From positions 64,001 through 128,000 of the forward strand of contig JBCBUK010000005.1 of the NCBI GenBank assembly GCA_039818205.1: 64,000 nucleotides of DNA, written 5' to 3'. Positions 1 through 10,059 of this stretch are shown one piece after another. This DNA is from Verrucomicrobiota bacterium (GTDB taxonomy: Bacteria > Verrucomicrobiota > Verrucomicrobiia > Opitutales > Cerasicoccaceae). The notes beneath the pieces are model-generated. The model saw nothing but the letters and a program-made list of their open reading frames with translations, was not told where the DNA came from and did not search any database. Positions within the stretch are counted from its first letter, which is position 1. Every line of letters starts with the position of its first letter. A program made the position numbers and the translations under genes.

Positions 1-483
1 ATCAAGCCCAGCAAATCCCTTCCACTGAAGGGAATCTTCGATCACGGGCCGCATCTTGGGACCGCAACCGCTGTGGTGGATGCCCATAAATACTCGCACC
101 TCAAGACCCGACGGCGCCGCCTCCTGGATTGCTTGAGAGACCGCTTTACCGTCGAGGCCTCCAAATTCAACCACCCCGCTGGCGAAGCTACATTCAACGT
201 AGCGAACACCCAGTTCTAGGTGTCGCTCGAATTGATACTTGGCTGAGCGATAGTATTGCTCTGGCGAGGTATAGAAAGCAAAGACCATCTCGAGCAGCTG
301 GGTCTCGAAATGGGCAAAATCATCGTATTTGAAATCGTCGGCCCAGGATTCGATCTCTTGCTGATGTGGCCACACCTCTTGAAGCAGCGGCAAAGGCAAG
401 CCACCTTCAATATGCAAATGCGTTTCGGTCTTCGGCAGCGCTCGAATAAACGCGCGGAGCTCAGGGTCAGGTTGGGTAAGCAT
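1..483 (-). CDS. Adenosine deaminase family protein (runs off the window edge)
   Basis: Not in the ORF track. Manual translation from the ATG at 483 gives MLTQPDPELRAFIRALPKTETHLHIEGGLP...RYVECSFASG. LPKxExHxHxEG is the ADA-family N-terminal metal-binding motif. Confidence 0.85.
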   Translation of the reverse strand, partial: MLTQPDPELRAFIRALPKTETHLHIEGGLPLPLLQEVWPHQQEIESWADDFKYDDFAHFETQLLEMVFAFYTSPEQYYRSAKYQFERHLELGVRYVECSFASGVVEFGGLDGKAVSQAIQEAAPSGLEVRVFMGIHHSGCGPKMRPVIEDSLQWKGFAGLD

Positions 484-616
484 GGGAATGGTTTCAATGG
501 CGAGGAGCAAGGCACTCTTCCGATGGGACTACAAAAACAATCCGTTCAAGCGCTTTCAGAACAAGCTCGATTCGGTCTATTCGGCATATTCGGCGGCTGG
601 GATTGTTTCACGAAAT

Positions 617-3600
617 CTATTGCTGAGTTTTCCGATAGGCTTGATAGAGCGAGTCTTTCAGGTCCTGCAAAACTAATGGCTTGGAAAGGTAATCATCAGT
701 CCCCGCATCGAGGCATTTTTTCCGGTCCCCCGGCAATGCATTCGCAGTGACCGCGATAATGTGGGTTCCACAATGATCTTCCCCATACTCACCCATGCGG
801 ATGCCGTCGGTGATCTCTAGCCCACCCTTTCCGGGCAGCTGAATATCCATCAATATGCAATCGTACGGCACATTGTTCTTGAGATGCTCGATGACGCCAT
901 CCTCGTTCTCTGCAATGTCACAGGCATAGCCGATACTGGAGAGAACATCTTTGGCGAGTTGCTGGTTCACAGGATCATCCTCAACCAGCAGGATGCGGAG
1001 TGGAGCCGAATCGGCCAGCGATTGATGGGTAAGGTCCTCGCTCGGCGCCGTATTGCCCTGAACGGTTGGCGCGCGGTTCAAAAAGACATGGAATGAAAAC
1101 ACAGATCCCGCGCCCTCCTCACTTTGAACTGCGATATCGCCTCCCATGCGCTCTACCAGGCGCTTACTGATGACCAAGCCCAAACCAGTCCCCCCGAAGC
1201 GGCGGGTGGTCGATGAGTCTGCTTGAGTGAAGGGTTGGAAAAGGCGATGCAGCTGGGCCGGAGCGATCCCGACTCCAGTATCCTTGACGGCGACATTGAT
1301 GCGGCATCGACCAACCTCCGGCGTGTTCGAGATCGTCAGGCTGACTTCGACGGAACCTTTCGAAGTGAATTTGACCGCGTTGTTCACCAGGTTCAGTAAC
1401 ACCTGACGCAAACGGTGTGAGTCACCAATAAAGCTTCCGGCCGGCTCGCCCGACAAATTGTATTTGATCTCAATCCCCTTTTGCTTGGCCTTAACAAGGA
1501 TCAGCTCCAGGGCCTCCATCACGCAGTTTTCCAGATTGAATACTTGATACTCCAACTCGACTCCGCGCGATTCAATTTTAGAATAGTCGAGGATGTTGTT
1601 GATCAGCTCGAGCAGCGATTTACCGCTTCGGTTAACGATCCCCAACCATTCCTTCTGCTGGTCGTTCATCGGGGTCTGAGCCAACAGGTCCGTATAGCCC
1701 AGCACCGCGTTCATCGGCGTCCGGATTTCATGGCTCATCATTGCCAGGAACTCGCCCTTGGCCTGGTTGGCACGGTCTGCCGCAACTTTGGCCTGGCGAA
1801 GCTTGTCCTCACCTTTGCGGCTTTGGATAAAGCTACCGATGCTACCCGCGGCGACCCGAAGCGAGGCGATCTCACTTTCTTCCCATAATCGAGCGCGCTG
1901 ATCGCAGAGCTCAAGGGCCCCCCAGAACTTGCCCTGTACAAAAATGGGTGCGAGCAAGATGGATTGAATGCTCCGGCGCTCCAGCAGGGTTTTTACCGTC
2001 TCCTCGCACTTGTCGATCGAGCGGTGGACAATTTCGCCAGCCTCCAGGCGCTCCGTCCAATCATCGTGCAATTCACGCCAGTTCAAACTGGGCTCTTCGG
2101 CCTCCTGGGAAAGTTTGGCAAAGGGAGCATTGGTCCACTTCCATGGTGGCGGAGATTTTTTGGCAACCTCGGTCACATCTGAGGCACGAGCCACCAACCG
2201 AATGGATTCTACCTGGACGTAGCTCCCGATCGAATCGAGAGCCTGAGCAACGCCTTCATCCATCTCCTCGCTAGCCAAGAGAGCGGTCGTGGCCTGGGAG
2301 ACACCTTCGAGCACACGGTCTCGGACCTCAAGCGCAGCAAGCGCCTTCTTGCGCTCCGTCACTTCGTAGGCAACCCAAATGACCTGATCGCGATTCTCCA
2401 ATTCATCCAGCATGGGTGCTACCCGGCCCTCAAACCAGTATTCCTGATCTGCCAACAAGTGCATGTATTCCAGGCTCTGTGGTTCCCGCGTCTCGAGGGC
2501 GCGATCAATGGCCACCATAAAACTCTCGGCCAACTCCTGCGGCCACCGCTCCCAAACCGTTTGCCCGATCCAGTCGTTCACATCGCGATAGACATCACCG
2601 CTTTGAGACGCATAGGCCTCAATGTAGCGCCCTTCCCGGTTCATAATAAAGGCAACGTCGGGCAAAGCATCAATAAATGCCTGAAGGTGGCGCTCGTTCG
2701 CGGCCGCCTTCTCCTCGCGCCGCAAGACCTCGGTCATGATCGCCGCAAGAAAGAAGGTTGTTGCGCTCAAAACGCCCACAAACACCCAGATAAACTCGGG
2801 ACGAGTGGAAATGTATTTTTGTTCGGGGCCGAGGACCTGAAGGATCTCCCAAATCGCCATGATCGAGACAATAACGACCCCGACCGTTGCACCCCGCTGA
2901 CCAAAGCGAATCGCTGCCCAGCAAAGAATCGGAAACATCGCCAATTCCAACGGGTACCTCAGCGTATCCGTCGGTGCCCAGTTTCCGAAGACCACGACGC
3001 AAACAAACATGAGGACGACCAGCCAGATCGCGACCTCAAATATCTGCCGGTTGCTCCAGTTGATTTTGGTGCGAGCGGTCCAAACCATCGCAAACGGCGC
3101 TAACACCAATATGCCAACCGCTTCAGCTAGCCACCAAGGCGTAAACAGACGGCTGAACTCTGACCAGGGGATTGATTCGTCTACCAGGCACAAGGAGGTG
3201 GTTGTTAGAGCCGCCACGACCAATCCACACGCCAATGGGCCAAGTGCCAAAAAGACAAAAACGTCTTTGATCGCCTCTAGTGCATGCCGCCGATCCAAGA
3301 TGTTGCGCATGGCGAAAGTTGCCAAACCAACGGAAGCCACAACGGATAAGGCTCTCAGAAACGCATAGAGCCATCCATACTGCTGGGCAAATCCGGTCCA
3401 GAGCAAAGCCGCAATGCCGAAGGTGATCAAGTAGCCATAGCCTCCTCGAACGGCAATGGCTAAGACAAACCCAGTTGCTGGCCAAAGCAGGAAGACGCTG
3501 TCATTGAGGTCTCGGATCGGCATAAACGACCCGAGTTCCATTAGGAGCAAGTAGATGAATACTGCGAGAATGTGACGAAGAAGTGTGATCCACCAATTCG

Positions 3601-3676
3601 TTTGCGTTGGAGACTCATCCAGAGTGCGATCCGCCTCTCTCAAAGTAGCGCCTGCGGTATCCATATTGGGCAGCAT
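617..3676 (-). CDS. Hybrid sensor histidine kinase (MASE1-PAS-GAF-HisKA-HATPase-REC)
   Basis: Multi-TM N-terminus; FLAMMSHEIRTPMN H-box; NLVNNAVKFT; GGTGLGL; C-terminal receiver ILLVEDD...MDIQLP...KP. Confidence 0.95.
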   Translation of the reverse strand: MLPNMDTAGATLREADRTLDESPTQTNWWITLLRHILAVFIYLLLMELGSFMPIRDLNDSVFLLWPATGFVLAIAVRGGYGYLITFGIAALLWTGFAQQYGWLYAFLRALSVVASVGLATFAMRNILDRRHALEAIKDVFVFLALGPLACGLVVAALTTTSLCLVDESIPWSEFSRLFTPWWLAEAVGILVLAPFAMVWTARTKINWSNRQIFEVAIWLVVLMFVCVVVFGNWAPTDTLRYPLELAMFPILCWAAIRFGQRGATVGVVIVSIMAIWEILQVLGPEQKYISTRPEFIWVFVGVLSATTFFLAAIMTEVLRREEKAAANERHLQAFIDALPDVAFIMNREGRYIEAYASQSGDVYRDVNDWIGQTVWERWPQELAESFMVAIDRALETREPQSLEYMHLLADQEYWFEGRVAPMLDELENRDQVIWVAYEVTERKKALAALEVRDRVLEGVSQATTALLASEEMDEGVAQALDSIGSYVQVESIRLVARASDVTEVAKKSPPPWKWTNAPFAKLSQEAEEPSLNWRELHDDWTERLEAGEIVHRSIDKCEETVKTLLERRSIQSILLAPIFVQGKFWGALELCDQRARLWEESEIASLRVAAGSIGSFIQSRKGEDKLRQAKVAADRANQAKGEFLAMMSHEIRTPMNAVLGYTDLLAQTPMNDQQKEWLGIVNRSGKSLLELINNILDYSKIESRGVELEYQVFNLENCVMEALELILVKAKQKGIEIKYNLSGEPAGSFIGDSHRLRQVLLNLVNNAVKFTSKGSVEVSLTISNTPEVGRCRINVAVKDTGVGIAPAQLHRLFQPFTQADSSTTRRFGGTGLGLVISKRLVERMGGDIAVQSEEGAGSVFSFHVFLNRAPTVQGNTAPSEDLTHQSLADSAPLRILLVEDDPVNQQLAKDVLSSIGYACDIAENEDGVIEHLKNNVPYDCILMDIQLPGKGGLEITDGIRMGEYGEDHCGTHIIAVTANALPGDRKKCLDAGTDDYLSKPLVLQDLKDSLYQAYRKTQQ

Positions 3677-3851
3677 TGGAGCCTAGAAAAAAAATACAAG
3701 CCTGTGCTCCTTAGTATAATTGATTGTTTTCGACCTCGATATTCGATTCTGAAAAGCATTGAAGCACATCATTTTCGACACCTCAACCCTGAACGATAAT
3801 GGGATTACGGCTTGCCCCAAAGCAAAAGAATTACTGAAATACGCCACTCAA

Positions 3852-4163
3852 ATGCCAATATACGTATACCAGGTAATTCAGCCCGATGGCGGCGAAGGGG
3901 ATACCTTCGAGGTGGAACAGTCGATGAGCGATGATGCCTTAACGCATCACCCGCGAACTGGCGAACCCGTCCGTCGAGTTTATCAGCCCCCAAACCTCGC
4001 CACCCAATACACCCCGGGCGCGACTAAGAGCAAACTTGAGAATAAAAACGTCGAGAAAGCCGGGTTCACCAAATATGAACGGGATAAACTGACCGGACAA
4101 TACCACCGAACCGCTGGAAAAGACCGCAAAGCCCCCGACGTGATCGATCCCAAAAACCTCTAG
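3852..4163 (+). CDS. FmdB-family zinc-ribbon-like small protein (Cys-less variant)
   Basis: MPIYVY...FEVEQSMSDDALTHHPRTGEPVRRV follows the FmdB MPxYxY...FE..Q.MSD..L..CP.CG pattern. Start moved to the ATG at 3852. Confidence 0.7.
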   Translation: MPIYVYQVIQPDGGEGDTFEVEQSMSDDALTHHPRTGEPVRRVYQPPNLATQYTPGATKSKLENKNVEKAGFTKYERDKLTGQYHRTAGKDRKAPDVIDPKNL

Positions 4164-4183
4164 CTTCCCAATAGACCGCTACC

Positions 4184-7100
4184 ATGAGTGAAGACATGCC
4201 ACCCGTGCCCAATGCACCATTGCCCAATGCGCCTGTTCCAGGGCGTGCCTACGAGGTATTGACCCCGGGAGAAAAGTTTGGAGACCATCAGGTATTACGG
4301 TGCGTTTCCTACGACCTGCTGGGCAGTCTCTATCGGGTGCGCCGGCCTCGCTCCAAAGAGGAAAAAACGGTCTTCGTGATGCCGCCTGTCATCCAGGCGA
4401 CCGAGGAGTTTCAAGAGCGGTTCAAACAACAAGCGCCGAAACTATGTGACCTCAAACATGACAACGTCTTTTCATTCGACAATCCCGACTTAATCAAGGA
4501 CCGCTTTACGTTTTATGGCGGTCCATTCGAAGGCGAGAATCTCGCTGACTATCTTCAAGCATACGTTAACAAGGAATTTACCGAGCGGGCGAAGGAGGAC
4601 GAGGAACTCAAAGAACTCGTTTCCGACATGCCTATGGGCCTTCCCCCCGAGGAAGTTCGCCCGATCTTGACCCAGATCCTCGACGGACTGGAATACCTCT
4701 CCAAGAACCGGATCCTTCACCTCAACTTGAATCCGACTAACATCCTTTGCACTAAGGATGGTAAAATCAAGATCGCCGGGTTCGGCTTGATGTCCCTAAT
4801 CGGCCAGCAATCCTTCGAGGAGATTGTTTCGGCCGGGATTCCGCCGATAGCCCTGGGCGGCCGGGCTATTCGTATCAACACGGTGGATATTCTTTCGCCT
4901 GAGGCCCGCCAAGGAAAGCCATCCGATGCGCGGTCCGACGTCTATGCCCTCGGAATCACCGCCTATTGGCTGCTTACTGGGCGCAAGCCCACGGCTGACT
5001 ACGTCGCCCCAAGTAAGATCGTTGAAGATCTAGACGAGAAGTGGGATCTGTTCATCGCCAACTGCTTGGACCGCGAACCTGAGAAGCGCTACCAGAACGT
5101 TTCTAAGGCCAAAGAAGACTTCAATGACTTCTCCCACATTAAGCTACTGCGCAATCGCCAGAGCTCAGATGTCATCGGGACCACTGACACCAGCACAATT
5201 TTTCGCCACCTGGATTTCATCCCGGTTCCCAAGAAGATTCAAGAGCGCGGAAAAAACACGGCCCGTGCATTCCGCTTGGCGATCGTCGGTGCTGTCGGCT
5301 TGGTCGCCGCATACCTGATCTTCTCCTTGCTCAATCTGATGCTTGGGGATGAGGACTACGGGGGACGCGTTGCAATAAAAACGCCTGCAGGCAAAGAACC
5401 AAAGCTCACGTTCAACATCGAGCCAGATAAAGCCAGTATCAGAATTTCTTCCACGGACTCCAATTTCATTGTTCGCAATGGTAAGCTCGACCTGAATATT
5501 TTGCCCGGCTCGTACCGCTTCGTCTTTTCGTCGCCAGGCTTCCAGAAGGCCTCGCGATTGCTCCAGATTGAACGTGAACCACAAGTAATCAATATTCGCC
5601 TGAAGCCCGATCTGGTCGACGCCGTCTTTACGAGTGATCCGGGCACCACGCTCAAAGCGATTGGTTCGGACGGAACCGAGACCGACCTCGGCACAACGAA
5701 TGCCGAAGGTGTCTTGTCCTTGGTGAAACTATTGACGGCTGGTGAATACGATATCGTCGCCAGCAAGGATGACTATCTCCCAACCACAACCGGCCCCTAT
5801 CAGTTGGTCGCCTCGGAGCCTAACCAATTTGAGATTCCGCTCGAAGCCGTCCTTGGTGTGTTGCGCGTGCGCTCAAATCCCAAAGGAGCCGAGATATTCT
5901 ACAAAGATGAAAGCGTTGGAACAACCAATGCGACAATCGAAGACCTGCCCGTTGAAGAAGAGTTTGTCGTGACTCTCAAAAAGGAAGGTTATCGCGATTC
6001 CACCCTCGCCGTTGTCGTTAAGTCTGACACTCGGACAATTCTCGATTTTGGTGATTTGACTCCGCTCTCCGGCGAGGTGATTCCCGTCATCAAGTTTGCT
6101 GGCCAAAACTCCACCGCCGAACAGTTGCAAGGGATCCAGGTTACGGGAACCAGTAAGAACCCAATTCTCGGTGAGCAGTCATTCTCGGCTTCCGGGAGCC
6201 AATTGGTTGACGGACAAATTTTGGTTCCAGGAATCAATGAGGGGACTGTGGAACTAACGGTTGACCACCCAAACTACAAAGAGCAAAGCCGCAGCTTCAC
6301 CCTCAATGACAAAGTTCGACTGAAGGTCGTCTATGATCTTCAAGCGCTCCCGGGCGTTATTACCCTTAGCCCGACACCTGCTGGCGCCGAATGGACCGTT
6401 ACAGTGAACGGTCGCGAGGTAGCCCCTAAGGACCTGAAGATTTCCCTGCCAGCTGGTCGGCGCTCTGAAATTGGTTTAAGCAACGTCAATTTCTTCCCTG
6501 AGACCAAGGTCTTTACTCTCACTGCCAACGAGCAGGTCGAATGGGCACCAGCCATGCGGCGAATTCCCGGGCCTGAGACCGGCAACGACTTCGAAGTGCC
6601 ATTCCTCGATATGCCGCTAAAATGGATTCCATCAGGCAGCTTTACGATGGGAAGTCCGCCAACAGAGCCCGCCCGCTTACCTGAAGAAGGCCCAGAGACC
6701 GAAATGACGATTAGCCAGGGATTTTGGATGGGCGCGCGCGAGGTCAGCCAGACGCAATACGAGGAAATCATCGGCGAGAATCCTTCCAAGCATCTCGGAG
6801 AAAACAAACCAGTTGACTACGTAACCTGGGAAGAGGCCATGGCCTATTGCGAGAAGCTCAACGAACGCGAGAAAGAAGCTGAACGCCTACCGAGTGGCTA
6901 TGAATATCGCCTCCCAACCGAGGCGGAATGGGAGTACGCCGCTCGCGCTGGTAGCCGCACACCATTTCACTGGGGCGACACAGCCGATGCTTCGCAAGGC
7001 AACTTCAAAGGCAAATATCCGCGCGATTTCACCAGCGGAAAAATCGATACACCCGACCACTATGGATCGCTTCCTGTCGGTGGCTTTAAGCCGAATGCTT

Positions 7101-7351
7101 GGGGCCTCTACGACATGCACGGCAATGTGCGTGAATGGTGTATGGACAGCTACAGCGACCGACTGCCTGGAGGTATCGAAACCGATTGGGTTCGCCTGAG
7201 TGGCTCGAGTCGCCACGTCGTGCGTGGCGGGGGCTGGGAAGATTTCGCGATTCATTCGCGGGCCGGCTCGCGCACCGAAGGTCTCGGAAAACGTTCCCGA
7301 ACCGCCAGCACTGGTTTTCGTATCGTCCTCGCTCCAGTTATCGACCGATAA
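4184..7351 (+). CDS. Membrane protein: kinase-like (pseudokinase) domain, TM, PEGA repeats and FGE-sulfatase/SUMF1 domain
   Basis: ILHLNLNPTNIL, IAGFGL, SPE and SDVYALG kinase scaffold; VRSNPKGAEI PEGA; F.MGS, RLPTEAEWEYAARAG, NAWGLYDMHGNVREW and GFR of the FGE fold. Confidence 0.9.
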   Translation: MSEDMPPVPNAPLPNAPVPGRAYEVLTPGEKFGDHQVLRCVSYDLLGSLYRVRRPRSKEEKTVFVMPPVIQATEEFQERFKQQAPKLCDLKHDNVFSFDNPDLIKDRFTFYGGPFEGENLADYLQAYVNKEFTERAKEDEELKELVSDMPMGLPPEEVRPILTQILDGLEYLSKNRILHLNLNPTNILCTKDGKIKIAGFGLMSLIGQQSFEEIVSAGIPPIALGGRAIRINTVDILSPEARQGKPSDARSDVYALGITAYWLLTGRKPTADYVAPSKIVEDLDEKWDLFIANCLDREPEKRYQNVSKAKEDFNDFSHIKLLRNRQSSDVIGTTDTSTIFRHLDFIPVPKKIQERGKNTARAFRLAIVGAVGLVAAYLIFSLLNLMLGDEDYGGRVAIKTPAGKEPKLTFNIEPDKASIRISSTDSNFIVRNGKLDLNILPGSYRFVFSSPGFQKASRLLQIEREPQVINIRLKPDLVDAVFTSDPGTTLKAIGSDGTETDLGTTNAEGVLSLVKLLTAGEYDIVASKDDYLPTTTGPYQLVASEPNQFEIPLEAVLGVLRVRSNPKGAEIFYKDESVGTTNATIEDLPVEEEFVVTLKKEGYRDSTLAVVVKSDTRTILDFGDLTPLSGEVIPVIKFAGQNSTAEQLQGIQVTGTSKNPILGEQSFSASGSQLVDGQILVPGINEGTVELTVDHPNYKEQSRSFTLNDKVRLKVVYDLQALPGVITLSPTPAGAEWTVTVNGREVAPKDLKISLPAGRRSEIGLSNVNFFPETKVFTLTANEQVEWAPAMRRIPGPETGNDFEVPFLDMPLKWIPSGSFTMGSPPTEPARLPEEGPETEMTISQGFWMGAREVSQTQYEEIIGENPSKHLGENKPVDYVTWEEAMAYCEKLNEREKEAERLPSGYEYRLPTEAEWEYAARAGSRTPFHWGDTADASQGNFKGKYPRDFTSGKIDTPDHYGSLPVGGFKPNAWGLYDMHGNVREWCMDSYSDRLPGGIETDWVRLSGSSRHVVRGGGWEDFAIHSRAGSRTEGLGKRSRTASTGFRIVLAPVIDR

Positions 7352-8957
7352 GCGAGCGCGCTGCTTGAATCATTGAGTCCGGCTTACTGCTCAGCAGCGA
7401 CGGGATGCGGACCGCGATGTAGCCATCAGGGCGGACCAAAACCGCGCCATCATTTTCAATGCCATAGGCTTCGCAAAAACCAGGTACAGCGACGGTATCA
7501 ACAACGACTAACTCGGTTGCCACGGGCCCAACGAGTGGCCAGTCCAAGTGTTCCAATACGGCATTCCAGGCCATGCCATCACGCCCAGTGAACAAGACAA
7601 ACCCTGGACCAATACAATCCAATGTTGAACGTGATTGGGCCTCATCCAGCCATACGTGAGGGGCTCGGCCACCAGGGCGACCACTCGGAGCATAGTCATT
7701 GATTGGGTCTTCGTATACCGGAGCACGGGTTCCGTCCAAAACGATGGCTCCAGTTTCATAAATCAAACCAAGATCCTGACCAAGATTTGTTCCCGCTCGA
7801 CGGCTGGAAGCGATATATTCCCGCGCCTTCTCCCACTCCCCAGACATTGCACTCTCAACAATTGCATAAACCTCGTGGAAATTTTCATTGCTGTTATTCG
7901 AGGTCAATCGAGCAACGGGCAACCGTTCAGCCTCATAGCTATCCAATAGATCATCTGCCGCCGCACCACGAATAACCGTAGCAAGCTTCCAGGCTAGATT
8001 ATGGGCGCTCTGGAGTCCGGTGTTCATTCCCAGGCCACCAGATGGCGACAATCGGGCAGCGGCATCGCCGACGAGAATGTGCCTTCCAATGCGCCATTGC
8101 AAGGCAATCTTCGGGCTCATCACCCAAGGTAGAACCGAGATGATTTCAACTGGAATATCCGGCATACCCGAGGCTTGTTTGATCAATTCGATCATGCGGG
8201 ATTCCGGGTAGTCCTCAACCGACTCCTCAGGCTCGAGATGGTGGTGCATCAACCAAAGGTCGTGTCCATTTACCGTGACAAAAAACTCGAAAAAGTCCTC
8301 TCCCAAAGACTGATGCAAGATGGCTTTTCGCTCGGCCAAAGCGGGACCGTAGTTTGCCCGACAATAGGTATTGATGTATTGCCCCATTTCACCGGGGCCC
8401 TCCGTGGCGATTCCGAGGTTCTCCCGAATGGTGCTCCGTGCTCCGTCGGCTCCGATCACATATTTTGCGCGGACGGAAAAAGACTCATCCGTCATACGAT
8501 CCCGCATGGTCACCTGGACCCCATCGCCATCCTCTTTCGAATGCTCGACCTCATGATAGTGCAAAATGGTTGATAGCTCTCCGGATTGAACCACCCGAGC
8601 AATGACCGCTTCCGTGTGCGGTTGGGGGCAATGAAACCGTTTGCAGGGGGAAACGGAATCCGGGGCGTGGACAATGGGCGTCTCTCCGAGGATTTCGCCA
8701 TTCAGCCCCTTGGACCAAATCGACAGAGCGTAATCTGGGCCACTGACATCCGCAGCAAGCATGCGCTCGTAAAGACCAAGCTGGCGAAAGATCTCGCCGG
8801 TTCGGCGACTAATCCCCATCGCCTTGGGATGAATGGAGATATCCGGGTGACGATCAACGACGAGGCTGGTTACCCCATATTGTGAGAGCAGCAATGAGCA
8901 TAGCAGTCCGCACGGTCCCCCGCCGACCACTACGACATCGTAGCTGCGCTCAGTCAT
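7338..8957 (-). CDS. FAD-dependent monooxygenase (PheA/TfdB-like aromatic hydroxylase family)
   Basis: VVVVGGGPCGL, IGADGARS, LVGDAAARLSPSGGLGMNTGLQSAHNLAWKL, C-terminal PGGRAPHVWL and LVRPDGY. Likely start MTERSY overlaps the arnC stop. Confidence 0.9.
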   Translation of the reverse strand: MTERSYDVVVVGGGPCGLLCSLLLSQYGVTSLVVDRHPDISIHPKAMGISRRTGEIFRQLGLYERMLAADVSGPDYALSIWSKGLNGEILGETPIVHAPDSVSPCKRFHCPQPHTEAVIARVVQSGELSTILHYHEVEHSKEDGDGVQVTMRDRMTDESFSVRAKYVIGADGARSTIRENLGIATEGPGEMGQYINTYCRANYGPALAERKAILHQSLGEDFFEFFVTVNGHDLWLMHHHLEPEESVEDYPESRMIELIKQASGMPDIPVEIISVLPWVMSPKIALQWRIGRHILVGDAAARLSPSGGLGMNTGLQSAHNLAWKLATVIRGAAADDLLDSYEAERLPVARLTSNNSNENFHEVYAIVESAMSGEWEKAREYIASSRRAGTNLGQDLGLIYETGAIVLDGTRAPVYEDPINDYAPSGRPGGRAPHVWLDEAQSRSTLDCIGPGFVLFTGRDGMAWNAVLEHLDWPLVGPVATELVVVDTVAVPGFCEAYGIENDGAVLVRPDGYIAVRIPSLLSSKPDSMIQAARSLIGR

Positions 8958-9894
8958 TGCTGAGATCCTCCAGCACCTCATTCAAGACATATCGAGGACG
9001 TTGCTGGACACATTGATAAGCCCGGCCAACGTATTCGCCAATCAAGCCAATTCCAACCATGCAAACGCTTACCAGGAAGAACAGTATTCCAAAGAGCGTA
9101 AACACTCCCTCAACTTCCGGCCCTACAAACAAGCGGCGTAGCGCCAGAACAATTACGAGCGCCAAAGAACCGCCTGCGCAAAGGAGCGCAAATAGAGTAA
9201 AGAGCTGAAGTGGAACCAGGGTGAAGCCCGTGACCAAATCAAAGTTTAAGCGTATGAGCTTATAATAGCTGTACTTCGATTCTCCAGCAGCACGTTCGGC
9301 GTGTTCCACCTCAACCTCGCCTGGCTTGGAAGCAAATTTGTAAGCGAGAGCAGGAATGAAGGTTGCCCGCTCTCCGCTGCGAGCAATGGCATCGACAACC
9401 CGACGACTGTAGGCCCGCAGCATGCAGCCCTGATCCGTCATTTGAATATCGGTAGTATATTCGCGAACGAAATTGATCAGCTTGGAAGCCCAACGCCGGC
9501 CGGCGCTATCCTGTCGGTTCTGGCGCATCCCGCCCACCGCATCATAGCCTTGCTCAAACATCGCGAGCAGCTTCGGAATCTCCTCCGGTGGGTTTTGCAA
9601 ATCGGCATCCAAGGTCACAACAACGTCTCCCCGCACCCGCTCAAAGGCTGCCATAATGGCCATATGTTGGCCATAATTTCCATTGAAATCGATGACCCGG
9701 ACCTGCCTGGGGCGAGCCTCGTGAAACTGGCGGAGTAATTCAGCTGATCGGTCCACCGAACCATCATTCGTAAAGACAACTTCCCACGGCTTCTCCGTCG
9801 AGTCCATGGTCTTACTCAAGCGTTCGAACAAGGCCTCCAGATTGGCCTCTTCGTTATAAACAGGGATGACTACCGAGCAATATATGTTCGCCAT
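8950..9894 (-). CDS. arnC: Undecaprenyl-phosphate Ara4FN transferase-like GT2 glycosyltransferase
   Basis: SVVIPVYNEE, NDGSVD, NYGQHMAIMAAF, TLDADLQNPPEEIP, DQGCMLRAYSR, IGEYVGR, two C-terminal TM helices. Confidence 0.85.
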   Translation of the reverse strand: MANIYCSVVIPVYNEEANLEALFERLSKTMDSTEKPWEVVFTNDGSVDRSAELLRQFHEARPRQVRVIDFNGNYGQHMAIMAAFERVRGDVVVTLDADLQNPPEEIPKLLAMFEQGYDAVGGMRQNRQDSAGRRWASKLINFVREYTTDIQMTDQGCMLRAYSRRVVDAIARSGERATFIPALAYKFASKPGEVEVEHAERAAGESKYSYYKLIRLNFDLVTGFTLVPLQLFTLFALLCAGGSLALVIVLALRRLFVGPEVEGVFTLFGILFFLVSVCMVGIGLIGEYVGRAYQCVQQRPRYVLNEVLEDLSND

Positions 9895-10059
9895 AATGAA
9901 ACGAGCGTCGATTCAGACACAGGACCGCCTGGCTGGAAACCGAAAAATCCATAAATGTATCCACCCGATTCCGGAACCGCTACCGCGATCACCGCGGAAC
10001 TTTTCACTCGAAACCAAGTCTAATAGACTGTATTACTGTTTTTCTAATTCTGAACGACC

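Noticed and set aside
256..750. 164-aa plus-strand ORF and other short ORFs at 129-676
   Set aside because: Shadows of the minus-strand adenosine deaminase (1-483) and of the kinase 3' end; no motifs.
6560..7351. Diversity-generating retroelement target (FGE/C-type-lectin fold C-terminus)
   Set aside because: No reverse transcriptase and no template-repeat copy of the 3' end were found in the window.
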